Source of the DNA: a virus
DNA length: 64,000 nt
Virus record (IMG/VR): IMGVR_UViG_3300022902_000007
Direction: 5' to 3' (one strand)
Position numbers and translations under genes: made by a program. This document shows positions 38,544-49,089 of this stretch, piece after piece. The notes under the pieces are model-generated. The model was not told where the DNA came from. It saw nothing but the letters and a program-made list of their open reading frames with translations, and ran no database searches. Positions within the stretch are counted from its first letter, which is position 1; the number at the start of each line of letters is the position of its first letter.

Positions 38544-39271
38544 ACTGTTGTTACTCTTGAGATTAGATTGGTTGACATGGCTGCCTGTATTTGTGGCATG
38601 TAGTATTCAGTTAGATATCTGGTTGTGTTTATGTTGGGTCTTACGGGAATGGGCTGAACAGATTGCAGTCTATCTGCTGGCCCATATGGGGTCGTGAAAA
38701 TTGGTCTATAGTCTGTTGGCACCCCGATAGTCCATGATGTTGCCGGCTGTCTGGCACGACAAGCAAGCCACTCTGCTTCTTTCCTACACCATTCCTGTGT
38801 GTAGAGAGCTCCTCCGTGAATTGTATAGCGAGCTGAGACATTGATTGAAACTGTTATTGGAAGCTCCAGCCAAGCGTTTTCCCGAATCCATGAGATTGAT
38901 TGATTTCTGAGCTCGCCCCAAGTAGCCCCCAGCTCTTTTAGAATTCTTTTTGATTTGACGAGTGAAGGCTTTTTAGGGAGAGTCGGATGAGTGATATGAA
39001 GGCCACGTCTTTCAAGCCGATTTTTGTTTAGCGCCTGGGAAACATTAGTTGCATATGGGGTGGAGTCTACCATGGCTTTTAGTTCAATTGTCGTGGTTGT
39101 TGCTGTGGCCGAAGGTATAGAGGGATTGTCTTCATAAATCACAGGATATTCTTGGCCGAATGTGCTGAGGTTGTATGATATTCGGTCATTTGGAATTGGA
39201 ATGATTCCGTCACCCCAGCAAGCCCTCTCGATCTCTCTTTTTATTCTGTCTACTTCAGTCGCAAGGCTCAT
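38540..39271 (-). CDS. hypothetical protein
   Basis: 243-aa ORF, ATGA-coupled to the downstream leader gene. Confidence 0.55.
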   Translation of the reverse strand: MSLATEVDRIKREIERACWGDGIIPIPNDRISYNLSTFGQEYPVIYEDNPSIPSATATTTTIELKAMVDSTPYATNVSQALNKNRLERRGLHITHPTLPKKPSLVKSKRILKELGATWGELRNQSISWIRENAWLELPITVSINVSARYTIHGGALYTQEWCRKEAEWLACRARQPATSWTIGVPTDYRPIFTTPYGPADRLQSVQPIPVRPNINTTRYLTEYYMPQIQAAMSTNLISRVTTV

Positions 39272-39542
39272 CGTATAGCTCCAGGAATACTTCTACTTCC
39301 TCCCAGGTGCTGCAGAGGGGAAGGTCTTTTCTGATTTTGTACAGAGAGCGATACGGACCATCGCATCTCCAAAATCTTTTGTTGTGGTCTTCAATCCAGT
39401 AGGAGCCACCGTAGACACACATATGAGAATCATACACATAGGATTCCAAAGCAGGAGGAGAGCAGAGGCATGGCGATTGCCACACCCCCACGATTCCTTC
39501 TTCAATCACATGTACGAAGACGAGTTTGGCTTTTCTACTCAT
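39255..39542 (-). CDS. hypothetical protein
   Basis: ORF in the chain. Confidence 0.5.
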   Translation of the reverse strand: MSRKAKLVFVHVIEEGIVGVWQSPCLCSPPALESYVYDSHMCVYGGSYWIEDHNKRFWRCDGPYRSLYKIRKDLPLCSTWEEVEVFLELYDEPCD

Positions 39543-39807
39543 CTTCTTTTGCTGTAGTCTCTACAGTCTTCAACACTACGATGACAGTAGTTTCTGCTTC
39601 ACAGTAATAGCTGTATGGCTCAATCCCTATGCGCTGAGGTCGCTGAACACTCAAGATACATTTGTCACCTATAGCGATGTCTTTTACATTCGGCCCTACA
39701 GATATTGCTTCATATATATCTGTCATGTGTGGCTGGTACAGAGGGCCTGATGCCTTCATATCTATTTTCTTGAAGACAACATTGCGTTGTGTTGCTTGTA
39801 GTTTCAT
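39535..39807 (-). CDS. GroES/Cpn10-like co-chaperonin
   Basis: MKLQA...NVV.K.......G.L.......A.SVGP.VK.I.IGD..I pattern; about 90 aa. Confidence 0.6.
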   Translation of the reverse strand: MKLQATQRNVVFKKIDMKASGPLYQPHMTDIYEAISVGPNVKDIAIGDKCILSVQRPQRIGIEPYSYYCEAETTVIVVLKTVETTAKEDE

Positions 39808-39815
39808 TCGTTTTC

Positions 39816-40346
39816 CTACCAGTTGAATGTTTGTAGATCTGAATATGTTGGGCCATCACAGTCCAGTTGGATCCAGTTACATTTCAGTTTGTGTGCGTAG
39901 TTGAGTAGTTTCACGAAGGCTTCCGAGAAGTCTGTCTCTGCTTCTTCATAGATGATTGGCTCGTCTACCCATACGAACCAGCCATAGTAGAAGTCCGCCT
40001 TTAGAATTTCACAGAAGGGATCTTCCAGTAGCCTTCTGTCAGCTTCAGTAATATGAGCCGTGGAAACTGTCAGTACTTTTTGAAATTCGTGATTAGTTTC
40101 TTTGTCTGGCATTTTGTTTCCTTTCGCGTCGAACCAATCGGCCCACAAGTCTTTGCAGCCACCAGAACATTTAGCTTTGTCACATGCAACTTCGTAAAGG
40201 AATGCTCCTTCTGGATCGTATTCGTCTCGCTTCATGTTGGACTGCTTGCGTCCGCAGACGGGGCATCTGAAATGGATACGTCCTTCTTTCAGTGGCTTGA
40301 ATCCCTTGGTCCTGAGTGCGAGAAGATGCTCTGGACACTGTCTCAT
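39816..40346 (-). CDS. Cys-rich (zinc-finger-like) N-terminus fused to a DUF5983-like domain
   Basis: CPVC and C....C...C, then LTVSTAHITE.D...L...YGWFVWV...L..LL.YA....C.WI.LDCDG....L..F.W. Start at the TAATG overlap (40346). Confidence 0.55.
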   Translation of the reverse strand: MRQCPEHLLALRTKGFKPLKEGRIHFRCPVCGRKQSNMKRDEYDPEGAFLYEVACDKAKCSGGCKDLWADWFDAKGNKMPDKETNHEFQKVLTVSTAHITEADRRLLEDPFCEILKADFYYGWFVWVDEPIIYEEAETDFSEAFVKLLNYAHKLKCNWIQLDCDGPTYSDLQTFNW

Positions 40347-40750
40347 TACGGCCCCTCGAACATTATCAATTCGGCACCTTTTAGGTTTGGGAAGCCGTGA
40401 TAATAGATTAGTTGACAATCAGTATCATCTGATTCGTTTGAAGGGTGACCAACATAGATGTATTTTCCACTTTCTATTGCTGCTACCGCTTTGGGGTATT
40501 CTGCTTTTGCGGTATAGTCTTCATCATCATCCCAGAGGTTTTCTTCATACCAATCATTGAGTTGTTCTGTTGTGGTGATCTTCCTGTCGATCCAGTACTG
40601 CAGTTTTCTCTTCGACTGTTTTACAGGTCGCCAGGTCGGCTGATAGAACTTCAGCTTGACTGTTACTTCAATCTCTTCCTGCTTAGGATCTGCGGCGATA
40701 ATAAAAGAGGATGATGAAGAATTGCTTACGAAGTTGTTACGAGTTTTCAT
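40346..40750 (-). CDS. NSSSSS-leader protein 4
   Basis: True start is ATG 40750 (TAATG overlap): MKTRNNFVSNSSSSSFII. Confidence 0.85.
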   Translation of the reverse strand: MKTRNNFVSNSSSSSFIIAADPKQEEIEVTVKLKFYQPTWRPVKQSKRKLQYWIDRKITTTEQLNDWYEENLWDDDEDYTAKAEYPKAVAAIESGKYIYVGHPSNESDDTDCQLIYYHGFPNLKGAELIMFEGP

Positions 40751-41082
40751 TACCAGTTCTCCTCGTGAGACCATACACCAGGCTGCTGTTGCATGTGGTC
40801 TCCAAATAGATCAATTGACGTCAGTACTTTTGAGTCGCCGTCGCTCCACTCTGGGTCATAGGTTGAATAACCACTACGGGCATACCATTTAGTATGCACA
40901 AGTGCTGGCATCCCGAATACATGGTCTTCCAGCCACTCTGATTTTACTTCTTGTTCATGATCGACTCTATGAGGGAACTTCTCTATGAAGCTCTTCCACC
41001 CCAGCTCAAGTTGTTCTGGAGTTACGATCACAACGAATGAAGACGAGCTGCTATTCGATACGAAGCTATGTCTTGTTTTCAT
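40750..41082 (-). CDS. NSSSSS-leader protein 5
   Basis: Begins MKTRHSFVSNSSSSSFVV. Confidence 0.85.
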   Translation of the reverse strand: MKTRHSFVSNSSSSSFVVIVTPEQLELGWKSFIEKFPHRVDHEQEVKSEWLEDHVFGMPALVHTKWYARSGYSTYDPEWSDGDSKVLTSIDLFGDHMQQQPGVWSHEENW

Positions 41083-41383
41083 TTGTTTTTGCCTTTGCTA
41101 CTGAGTTTTGGAATAGAGCTGCTATCACTCTTTGGTACAGTCTCTTTGCCTGCGCTTCAGTCAAGAAGAAGTCATGGTGCTGAATGTCTCCGTCTTCGCT
41201 TGTTCCAAGAGTTACCATGATTGGTTTGTCCCATGTTCTACACCCGATGCATCCGGAGTCATGAGCACTGATTGTATCTACCACTGGGTGTTCGTTTCTA
41301 CAGCGAGCTCTTTCTCTGATGGTCATCTCGAACCTGGCCCATGATCTGGGAATCCCACTACCGGGACTCTGTTCGAGCAGCAC
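41066..41383 (-). CDS. hypothetical protein
   Basis: ORF between leader gene 5 and the Cys-rich gene; true start probably MTIRER. Confidence 0.5.
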   Translation of the reverse strand: MLLEQSPGSGIPRSWARFEMTIRERARCRNEHPVVDTISAHDSGCIGCRTWDKPIMVTLGTSEDGDIQHHDFFLTEAQAKRLYQRVIAALFQNSVAKAKTNENKT

Positions 41384-41991
41384 ATTCCACAGTCATTGCA
41401 TGTAAGAGTCTCGTTATGGAAGGCTGGACAGACGACACCCTTTGAACCCTTGGGGGTTCTGAATACCCGGCCCTTGGTTTCGAGGTGGTCTGCCTTCAGT
41501 ACTACTGAACACTTCCAGCCTTGAGAGATGGCTTCGTCACATTCTTCCAGAGAGCCACAGGAGGCTCTCAGAACGTCTTTCCACCAATAGGCTTGTCTCC
41601 ACCCGTGTGTATAGCCAAGTATCTTTAGATTGGATGCTACGGCCTCTGAGAGGATGTCATGAGCAGTACCTGGACCCATTACTACAGGGTCTCCGATGGC
41701 AGAGATTCTCAAGTACTTTGCCTTGGGGTGTCTCTTTTCGAGCGCGGCTGACAAAGAATACTTTTCAGGATTCTTCTTGTAGGCCTTCTGGGCACTTCTG
41801 GCTCCCATTGACGGGGTCCCGTAAGCATAGCAGGTGGGTTTGTTTGGGTCGCCGCCGTCTTTGACTGACAAGAATGGGCACAAGGCAGTCTTGCAAGAGT
41901 CTCTACATTCCTTCATCGTCGAGCCAACATAGGCGGTTGGAATCGGGCCGGTCTTTACGTTAGTCGGACGCGAGATCCATAATGTCTTCAT
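41323..41991 (-). CDS. Cys-rich GP88-like / radical-SAM-like protein
   Basis: N.KTGPIP, C...C....CP...CYA, LR....GD, GYTH, VCPA......CNDCGMC and GF..HG; resembles phage GP88-type proteins (recognised by eye). Confidence 0.55.
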   Translation of the reverse strand: MKTLWISRPTNVKTGPIPTAYVGSTMKECRDSCKTALCPFLSVKDGGDPNKPTCYAYGTPSMGARSAQKAYKKNPEKYSLSAALEKRHPKAKYLRISAIGDPVVMGPGTAHDILSEAVASNLKILGYTHGWRQAYWWKDVLRASCGSLEECDEAISQGWKCSVVLKADHLETKGRVFRTPKGSKGVVCPAFHNETLTCNDCGMCCSNRVPVVGFPDHGPGSR

Positions 41992-41994
41992 TTC

Positions 41995-42342
41995 TTATCT
42001 TCTTTCGAATGTTTTGTAGTCATACAGCCCCTGTTCGCTGGCCCAGTGGTCGTCTATCTGTTCAGTGATCCAGGAGTTTGATTTTTCTTTGTTCAGTTTT
42101 TCAATGTGTTCTTTACACACATAGATCATGTTGCTCATGTACATGCTGATCTCTGGCAGGTGCTCAGTGCCTGCAGTACTCTGAAGCCTTGTTAGATCGT
42201 CAACCATCTGGCCGAGGCTCTCTCTGAGGGACTCTACCTGATAACACTGGACCTGTTTTTTGTATAGAGTGGTGGCATCTTCTTCACTGACGACAAACGA
42301 AGAAGAACTGCTGTTGGACACAAAACTATTGCGGATCTTCAT
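41995..42342 (-). CDS. NSSSSS-leader protein 6
   Basis: Begins MKIRNSFVSNSSSSSFVV. Confidence 0.85.
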   Translation of the reverse strand: MKIRNSFVSNSSSSSFVVSEEDATTLYKKQVQCYQVESLRESLGQMVDDLTRLQSTAGTEHLPEISMYMSNMIYVCKEHIEKLNKEKSNSWITEQIDDHWASEQGLYDYKTFERR

Positions 42343-43290
42343 TTCTTATTCCTTTCTTGCATAGTTCTCTTACATAGTCTCTGACCTGGTATAGGAGTGC
42401 CTCCAGGGCTGCATCTACAGCATCGTCATGATTTGCTGGGACTTCCCAGTCTGCTATCTTTCCATGTTCGTATACAGGAAATCTGCCAAGTATGTCTACA
42501 CAGCCATAGACAGTAGCAGCCTTGATTATTGATGCTTTTCTGTATTCCATTTGTGAGGTTGTCATGACATTCCTTTGAGCATAGATGGCATGTCACTTGT
42601 GTCTACTCCGAGGTAGAACTCAGAGGGGATTCTGTCATGTCCAGTGATGAATGGTATTATTGGAACTATCTTTACTTTTGGAAACTTCATGCCAAGACGC
42701 TGCCACTTGTCATAGACATGCAGTGCCTGAATTTTGATAGTCTCCATTGTGTCTTCTCTGGCTGGCTGGCCTTCGAGTGTATTCAGTATCTCTTCCATGT
42801 CTGAAATGTATTCTTGAAACAGTCTGAGATATTCATTTACGGACATTCTCATTTTGGTAGCTCTGGGTTTACTGGGATTTCGTCGTGTTCGTAATATTCG
42901 ACCCAGGCGGGACCATAAGTAGCCAGCAATGATTTCTGTCGATATGGATACCGTGGATCTCTCGGCCTCTTGAGCTCAGATGCACAGAGATAAGCTACTG
43001 CTGCTTCCGAAGTATCGAAGATCGCCACGACATGTTCATTTGGCTCCCATATCTGTTGTGCCTTTATACAATATCTGGTCATTTTATCTTCCTATCCTTC
43101 GAGGTGGATCCATGAAGTCTACATCAGATCTCAAAACCTCTATTTCTTCTTTCAGCCATTTAATTTCTTGAACCAGGACACTAATTGCATCAGTTAGGTC
43201 CATGATCTGTTCAGTAGAAGTTTTTTCAGAGTAGAGGCAATGATCTATGTCTTTTAGGTTGTTAATTTTCATTTCATTACTCTTTGCCAT
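42326..43290 (-). CDS. run of four small hypothetical genes (42326-42565, 42562-42852, 42849-43082, 43084-43290)
   Basis: Coupled small ORFs. Confidence 0.5.
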
Positions 43291-43597
43291 TATCTGTCAC
43301 TGAGGCCGCCACATATTCGTAAATCATAGGTGTATCTATGGTCCAGGTTCTTGGCGCTGACAGAATATGAATGTGATGAACTACTTGATTTTCGGATACG
43401 AGTTCAGCTTTTTCCCATTCCATTTTATCGAGGATGGTATATGTCAAGATCGTTCCTCTGATTTCTTTTAGGCCTCTGATCCATTCCACCGGTTCAGCTC
43501 TGAGAAAATCTTTAATCAAAAAGATTGGCTTGGGAGGATGCTCGTATTCTCTCCAAGTGATCTTCTCTACTTCCAGATCATCGAGATAGTACTTCAT
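43277..43597 (-). CDS. small protein, paralogue of 44747-45082 (tail-tube-like motif)
   Basis: Start at the ATGA overlap (43597): MKYYLDDLEVEKITW...KPIF...RGLKEIRGTI...IHIL....ID...YEYVAAS. Confidence 0.55.
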   Translation of the reverse strand: MKYYLDDLEVEKITWREYEHPPKPIFLIKDFLRAEPVEWIRGLKEIRGTILTYTILDKMEWEKAELVSENQVVHHIHILSAPRTWTIDTPMIYEYVAASVTDNGKE

Positions 43598-44151
43598 TTC
43601 TTCTTTATCTCCACTATGAATGGGTTCTGCTTTATGCACTTGAAGCTCTGTGTCTCTTTTTGATAAGCCCACATGTATTCCAGTGTCTCCATGCACATCC
43701 CTATCTGAAACATTCCACGTCTGGGGTCGGACCAGTAGCCGTCATTGTGGCTAATCCATGGAGTTTTTGCCGAGGCGGCCCTTTGAATATCCCTCACAGT
43801 ACGAGTGGTGATGAACAGACTTCCTCCGGATTTCACCTTCGACCAAGCCTCAGACAATACTGTCATTCGCTCAGTCATGGTGTCGATTACATTCAGTACA
43901 TATGTCATGAGCACTACATCGAACTCTCCTTCTGGCCAATCGGCGAATTCAGGAAAGTTTGGATCGTAGCCCGTTGCATCGATATTACAACGCTTGTTTA
44001 GATATTGAGCATCTCTACCTCGGCCACAGCCGAAATCGAGAACTCTAAAAGAGCCCGGAATACAACGAGTGGCGAGCAAGTAACGGAGTGGGGCTGAAGG
44101 CTGTGAACGGCCAATCGCAGTATTCTCAGGACGGCAGATTATTTCGCTCAT
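43594..44151 (-). CDS. class I SAM-dependent methyltransferase
   Basis: VLDFGCGRG.D, YDP, FDVV..TYVLNVI and GG.L.I motifs. Confidence 0.85.
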   Translation of the reverse strand: MSEIICRPENTAIGRSQPSAPLRYLLATRCIPGSFRVLDFGCGRGRDAQYLNKRCNIDATGYDPNFPEFADWPEGEFDVVLMTYVLNVIDTMTERMTVLSEAWSKVKSGGSLFITTRTVRDIQRAASAKTPWISHNDGYWSDPRRGMFQIGMCMETLEYMWAYQKETQSFKCIKQNPFIVEIKKK

Positions 44152-44154
44152 CTT

Positions 44155-44757
44155 CTAACTCTCTGATCTTGTCTCTTGCTCTTTGGAGCTGCTTGTCGAT
44201 CCTTTCTCTTTGTATAGGTGATGCAACATCGACACCATCATTTGTCCAGCGATATAAGCCGGATTGTAGATGTGGTGTAAGTCTTCGTTGTAACTGCACA
44301 TTGAAGCTAATATTCCGGACCTTCTGCCAGACTGACTGATAAACATAAGTTTGGCTCCAAGCTTGTCGTTGAATACTGAGGATTTTGCCATGGCCGCACC
44401 GTCAAATCTATCCAGCTGAGGAAGGAACAGTTTTAGATACTCGACCACCTCGTTAGCCAAGTATTGCTCAGTTCTCGTGGTGTTTGCCACCGCATCTTTA
44501 TTCATCATATTCTCCTGCTTCCATTACTATGTATGCTGCTTTGAACTTCATTTTATTTTATCCATTTTGATTTCACAGTCAGAAATCCAATTGTTAAACA
44601 TACGCTCAAGTACATAGCAGAGGGACGCAGAGTACGAGCATAGTGCCGACAGGGCCAGTAATGTGAGGGCCAAGAGCATCCATAGCAGTCTCCTTTTGTC
44701 CGTATTTATTATCAGCCAGAAACCAGACTTGAGGAAGTGGCCGAACTTACTCATCAT
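44155..44757 (-). CDS. two hypothetical genes (44155-44508; 44548-44757, membrane-like)
   Basis: ORFs in the chain; the second has a hydrophobic segment. Confidence 0.45.
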
Positions 44758-45082
44758 GGCTCCTTGTCTGATAGCTTACGCTGCTGGCTACGAATGTATA
44801 GCGATACATTCCAAAATCGTCGACTTCCGCTGGACCCAAAATCTCTATGTCACTGGACGTGATTCTCATGTCTATATTGTCAGTGTCATATACCTCTGCT
44901 CTCATGTATTTGTTTTTCTTCAAGACCTGGGCGGTCCTGATATTGCCTGCTATGCCCATGGCGAGGCGACGAGGAGCTGCCCCACCCATTACATAGATGG
45001 GGGCCTTTCCTCTTTGTATCCACCAGTCAATTGAATAGACCTCTTCATCATCGAGCATATATCTTATGGTGTCTTGACTCAT
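44747..45082 (-). CDS. small protein with tail-tube-like motif
   Basis: IDWWIQRGKAPIYVMGGAAPRRLAMGIAGNI...IEIL...VDD....YTFVASS. Confidence 0.55.
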   Translation of the reverse strand: MSQDTIRYMLDDEEVYSIDWWIQRGKAPIYVMGGAAPRRLAMGIAGNIRTAQVLKKNKYMRAEVYDTDNIDMRITSSDIEILGPAEVDDFGMYRYTFVASSVSYQTRSHDE

Positions 45083-47824
45083 TCGTCATATTCTCCTGCC
45101 TCTATTTCTATGTATCTACCATTCACGATCTTGACTACACCTGCTTCTGCTCTATCCATGAAGCTCTCGTACTCTGCCCATGCATGGTCGTAGTCTATGG
45201 CGTGTGGGCATACGTTCTTTACAGATAGATCGAATACCAGATTGTGCTTCATGTTAGAGATCTTGTTCTTGGTGATGCACATGAGGAGCCTTGGTGAGAT
45301 CCTTCCATCTTCCAAGTGGAAGATTTCTGGATTGCCAGGGCGATCATTTACATCATTGTAGATGTGGCAAATAGCGTTCGGACGATACTGTAATGTACGA
45401 GAATCTGCTACGTCATCATCTGCAGGCAGTCTGAGAGTAGTGCCATCACGATCAATCTTTTTGTATTCGGCCGTGGCAAAGATAGTTACGTGGTTGTCTT
45501 CACAAGCGCCTTTGAGTCTGTCTGCAAGCATCTCGATCCGCCTGGATCTATCAAGCTTTTCGTAGTCTCTTAGGTTGAAAAGATTCAATATTGACTCATA
45601 TTTTCATATGAGATTAGACTATACCATTGTCCATCTCTGGACAGTCCTATTATAGTCGTTGAACGTCCCTCTTAAAGAGGTTTCGCTGCTGATTGCCCAT
45701 TGTCGTGTTTTGAATCTGTTTCCACTTTCAAAACATCCTTGTTGTTTTTTCTGTTCTCACAGCCATCGCGATTGCTCTTACGAGCTTCGCTGTGGCCAAC
45801 AAGGCTTTAGGGGTTTCCAGCAATTTAAGGACTTTGCACTCCACTGTTGCCAGTAGAGGGGACAATCTTTTATCCAGCCCAACTAGTATCTTCTTGCTTG
45901 GATACTTCTTGCGATAATAGCGGATGTGCCTCTCCAGTGTAGAGATGCTTCTGCCATCTTCTGCATCGAGGATAGCCAGCCTCTCATCAACCAGCAACTG
46001 CTTGAACAAGTCTTGAGCATATAAATACGCGCCCTTGTAATCAGGATTGTCTGGAAGATAGCGCTTGGGCTGAGCCAACATGCCGAATTCAAGCAGGGGG
46101 CCGCCAGTGTTTGACAGGTGATAGAGATTACTTCTCAAGCGCGGCTCGATTAGACGATAGGTATCATCTGTAGAGTGAACCAAGAAGAGGGCATCCTCGT
46201 CTGACAAAGCGATTGACGAACCGAGTGCGAGAACCATTGCAGTCTTGCCAGAGTTTGCGCGTCCTGGAAAGATGAACAGACAGTCCTTGCTCCAGTTGTG
46301 GCCTCCAGCGAAGGTCTCTGCAAAGTTTGGAAAGTGATCCATCTTGAAGCCATCGTCGGACTCATCAGAAGTGTCTTCGAGATCTCTCAACATCGCCTCG
46401 TGACGAGCCAATTGGTGATTGATTCCCATTGTGTTCTTGTTGAGCTCACTCTCAATTTCTTCTACACGCACCTCCTGCTGTGAAAGAATTGCTCTGACTG
46501 CCTCTGGGTCCTCCTTGATTTCCAGGAGCGACTGTTCAGCCGTGGCAACGATCCTCTCCTTGAACTTGTTGAACTTGTCTTCCAGGATAGCTCTTACATC
46601 TGTAAGAATCGCCTGGTATGACAGATCAGTAAATTCAGCAAGAGACTTGATGAGCATCTCTCTTCGCACAGCTGTAGGCTCTGACGCGATGATAGGAATC
46701 ATCTTGTCACAGATGTAGTCTGGGCCTTCATCTCGAAACTGGGTGAGCTTCCACTCGAATCCTGACAATACTGTCAATTCAAAGAATGGATCTGTTGTCT
46801 TGGACTTGCGGAGTAGCTCATCAGGATCTTTGATGTCAGATTCAGGGGCCGTTACAACATATGCAGACGTACCAGAAGTAATCTTGAGGACATCTTCCAG
46901 GATGCGAGCAGTAGCTGCGTAGCCAGCTTTGTCCCAATCCAGGCACAAGAATATTTTCTGAATGCCCAGGTTCTTTAGATAGAGAAGATGGTGTTCAGTG
47001 AAAGCAGTGCCACAGATCGCGACGGCATTGGTGATTCCGACCCTGTAGAGCTGAGCAAGATCGCCAGGACCTTCGACAACATAGAGACCTTTTTGTCGCG
47101 CCTCGACAAGCGCGACGTCAATACCAAGCAATGCTTTGGACTTGTTGTAGATTTGGCTTTCAGTAGAATTCACATAAGGACTTCCAGACTTAGAGAGATC
47201 CTTGTAGATAAAGCCTATAGCTCGGCCGCGATGATCCTTGATGACAAAAGTCAGTCTGTCTTCACCAAAGTACCTTTGATACTTGGTCTCAGTCAGAAGA
47301 GATTTCTTGATGTCTTGAGAAGACCAGCCCTTGGTCATCGTCTCTGCGATGAGAACGCCACTGTCAATGCAGCCATAGCTCAGAAAGTCCTGCTTCCAGT
47401 TTCTTTCATTGACGTAGTCGATCTTGTCAGGTGAACTCTCGACAAGAGTGTCCGCGAGATCCTGAGCAAGCTTCATGAAACGAAGTCTTTCTCGGTCAGC
47501 TACACTGACTTCACCCATCTTGAGTGGAATCCCCAGTGTTTCACACAGTGTGGGGATTGTCTCCGTGATCCATTCAGAGCCCGTGGTAGGCAGGCCTTCC
47601 AGTTTCTCGGCACAGTCAAAGATAGAGCCACTCCAGCCACAAGCGAAGCAGTGGACAGTCTCTTCGTTGGTCTTGGGGTTGAAGCACATACTCGGGTCAT
47701 GGTCTTCGTGTGCTATGCAGTTGAACTTTCTTGCGTTTGAGCGCAGGTCCAATTTTAGGGTGAGGTATTCCCTGAGCTTCGCACGCAGGAGTGGAAGCAC
47801 CTCTTCGAGGTTCTGAATATACAA
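45079..47824 (-). CDS. DnaG primase-DnaB helicase fusion, spliced (exons 47824-45872 and 45585-45079; 819 aa)
   Basis: CHC2 zinc finger (C..H.D..PS...HCFACG), TOPRIM (VVEGPGD, LDWDKAG, KDPDE), Walker A GRANSGKT. Walker B ILVGLD|NLFNL is rejoined by splicing. TTG start with AAGGAG SD. Confidence 0.9.
45586..45871 (-). mobile_element. group I intron without ORF (286 nt) in the primase-helicase gene
   Basis: P AAAUUGCUGGAAA, Q GGGCAAUCAGCAG, R UUCAACGACUA, S UGGUAUAGUCU; P3 AGUCCU/AGGACU; P1 GGAU^AA/UUGUCC with U.G; P10 AAAAGAUU pairs with 3' exon AAUCUUUU; terminal G; splicing restores the frame. Confidence 0.93.
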
Positions 47825-47834
47825 GATATTCTCC

Positions 47835-48626
47835 TTAGATTTTATGCTTTGTTACTGCTGTATATGGTTCTTGTATTACGTCTTGGGCTGCGCTAATGGC
47901 AAACTCGGTGGCATCATAGATGCTCTTGTTCTTTACATAATGAGCTGCCCATGCAGCTACGAAGGTGTCCCCTGCTCCGGAAGTGTTAGCTACTGGAGTG
48001 TCTTGGGGGACTTGGAACTTGTAGAGGGACTGTTGGCCTGGCTTATTTCTCAGGCCTGAAATAACAGCTACTTCTTTGGGCCCGTTCGTGTGTAGGAGTA
48101 CATCAAACTGCTTGGCGAACTCGTAGTCATACTCATCTCCAGTGCAGTGCCATACCTTCAGGCAATGATCAGGAGCTTGTCTTAGTAGCAACGGATCAAC
48201 AGTACGATACCTCGAATCCACTACTATCAAATCCCATGGAGGGGGCTCATAGATGATGGTGTCTGTCGGGTCACAAGGAGTCACAGAGCCACGGCTGTAG
48301 TCAGAGATGATGAGGGCGCAATAGTCCTTCTCACGATACGTGGCAAGTCGGTCTTGGTTGAGCCTATGGAGCAGCTTGCCTTGAACAGAGTCTTCTTTCT
48401 TATAGATTTGTAGATTAGCATCATAAAAGACTTTTCCAAGCTCTTTGTTATATACAAAGTCCACCCAAATATGGCCCCGCCCTTCAAAGAGTTGGGTCAA
48501 TGGGAGGAGGTGTGTATTCATGGTTATGGCATCGAGATTTTCGTAGACGTTGGTGGCCCCGCCTGCACGATATGTATCCTCAAAGATGTCCACCAGTGCG
48601 TCTCCGGCTACTACTATCAGTGCCAT
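47835..48626 (-). CDS. PfkB-family kinase, HldA/RfaE domain I-like (heptose-7-phosphate kinase)
   Basis: VVAGD..VD, GGATNV..NL, IISDY.RG and NTSGAGDTFVAA. Start at the TAATG overlap (48626). Confidence 0.75.
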   Translation of the reverse strand: MALIVVAGDALVDIFEDTYRAGGATNVYENLDAITMNTHLLPLTQLFEGRGHIWVDFVYNKELGKVFYDANLQIYKKEDSVQGKLLHRLNQDRLATYREKDYCALIISDYSRGSVTPCDPTDTIIYEPPPWDLIVVDSRYRTVDPLLLRQAPDHCLKVWHCTGDEYDYEFAKQFDVLLHTNGPKEVAVISGLRNKPGQQSLYKFQVPQDTPVANTSGAGDTFVAAWAAHYVKNKSIYDATEFAISAAQDVIQEPYTAVTKHKI

Positions 48627-49082
48627 TACAGCTCCTTCTCTATCTTGTCGAGCTGTCTGGTGATCTCTGATAGACAGTCTAAACATCCCCAGACAGCTGC
48701 GTTCTCCCATGCGACTGCTTCATCAAGCTCTGCACATAGTTTCATTTTGCCGCAGAAGTCACAGAGCTCAAGCATGGCTCTGAGCTCATAGTCACCTATC
48801 CATCCGTCGCCGTGCATCTTGATTGGTTTATACATTTACGAACCTCTCTGCTTCTTCAATACACAGTCTAAAGTTTTCCCACTGGCCGTTGTCAGTTAGC
48901 ATGACCTCCCAGATTTCCAGTTTGGTCTTCTTGGCTTTTGACACGCGCTTAATGGAAACGTACTTCACATCATCAATTATTTCGCAGGCCTCCTTCAGGG
49001 TTAGATACGGCCCATACCAAAACTCTTCCCACTTCCTATCTGATTTTTTTACATGACAGTAAACTATGAAGTAAGTTCCCAT
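48626..49082 (-). CDS. two small hypothetical genes (48626-48835, zinc-finger-like; 48828-49082)
   Basis: CDFC...CLDC in the first; coupled ORFs. Confidence 0.5.
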
Positions 49083-49089
49083 TTTGCCT

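Noticed and set aside
45586-45871. Frameshift or pseudogene explanation for the broken helicase
   Set aside because: The interruption has a full group I intron core, and precise excision restores the frame and Walker B.
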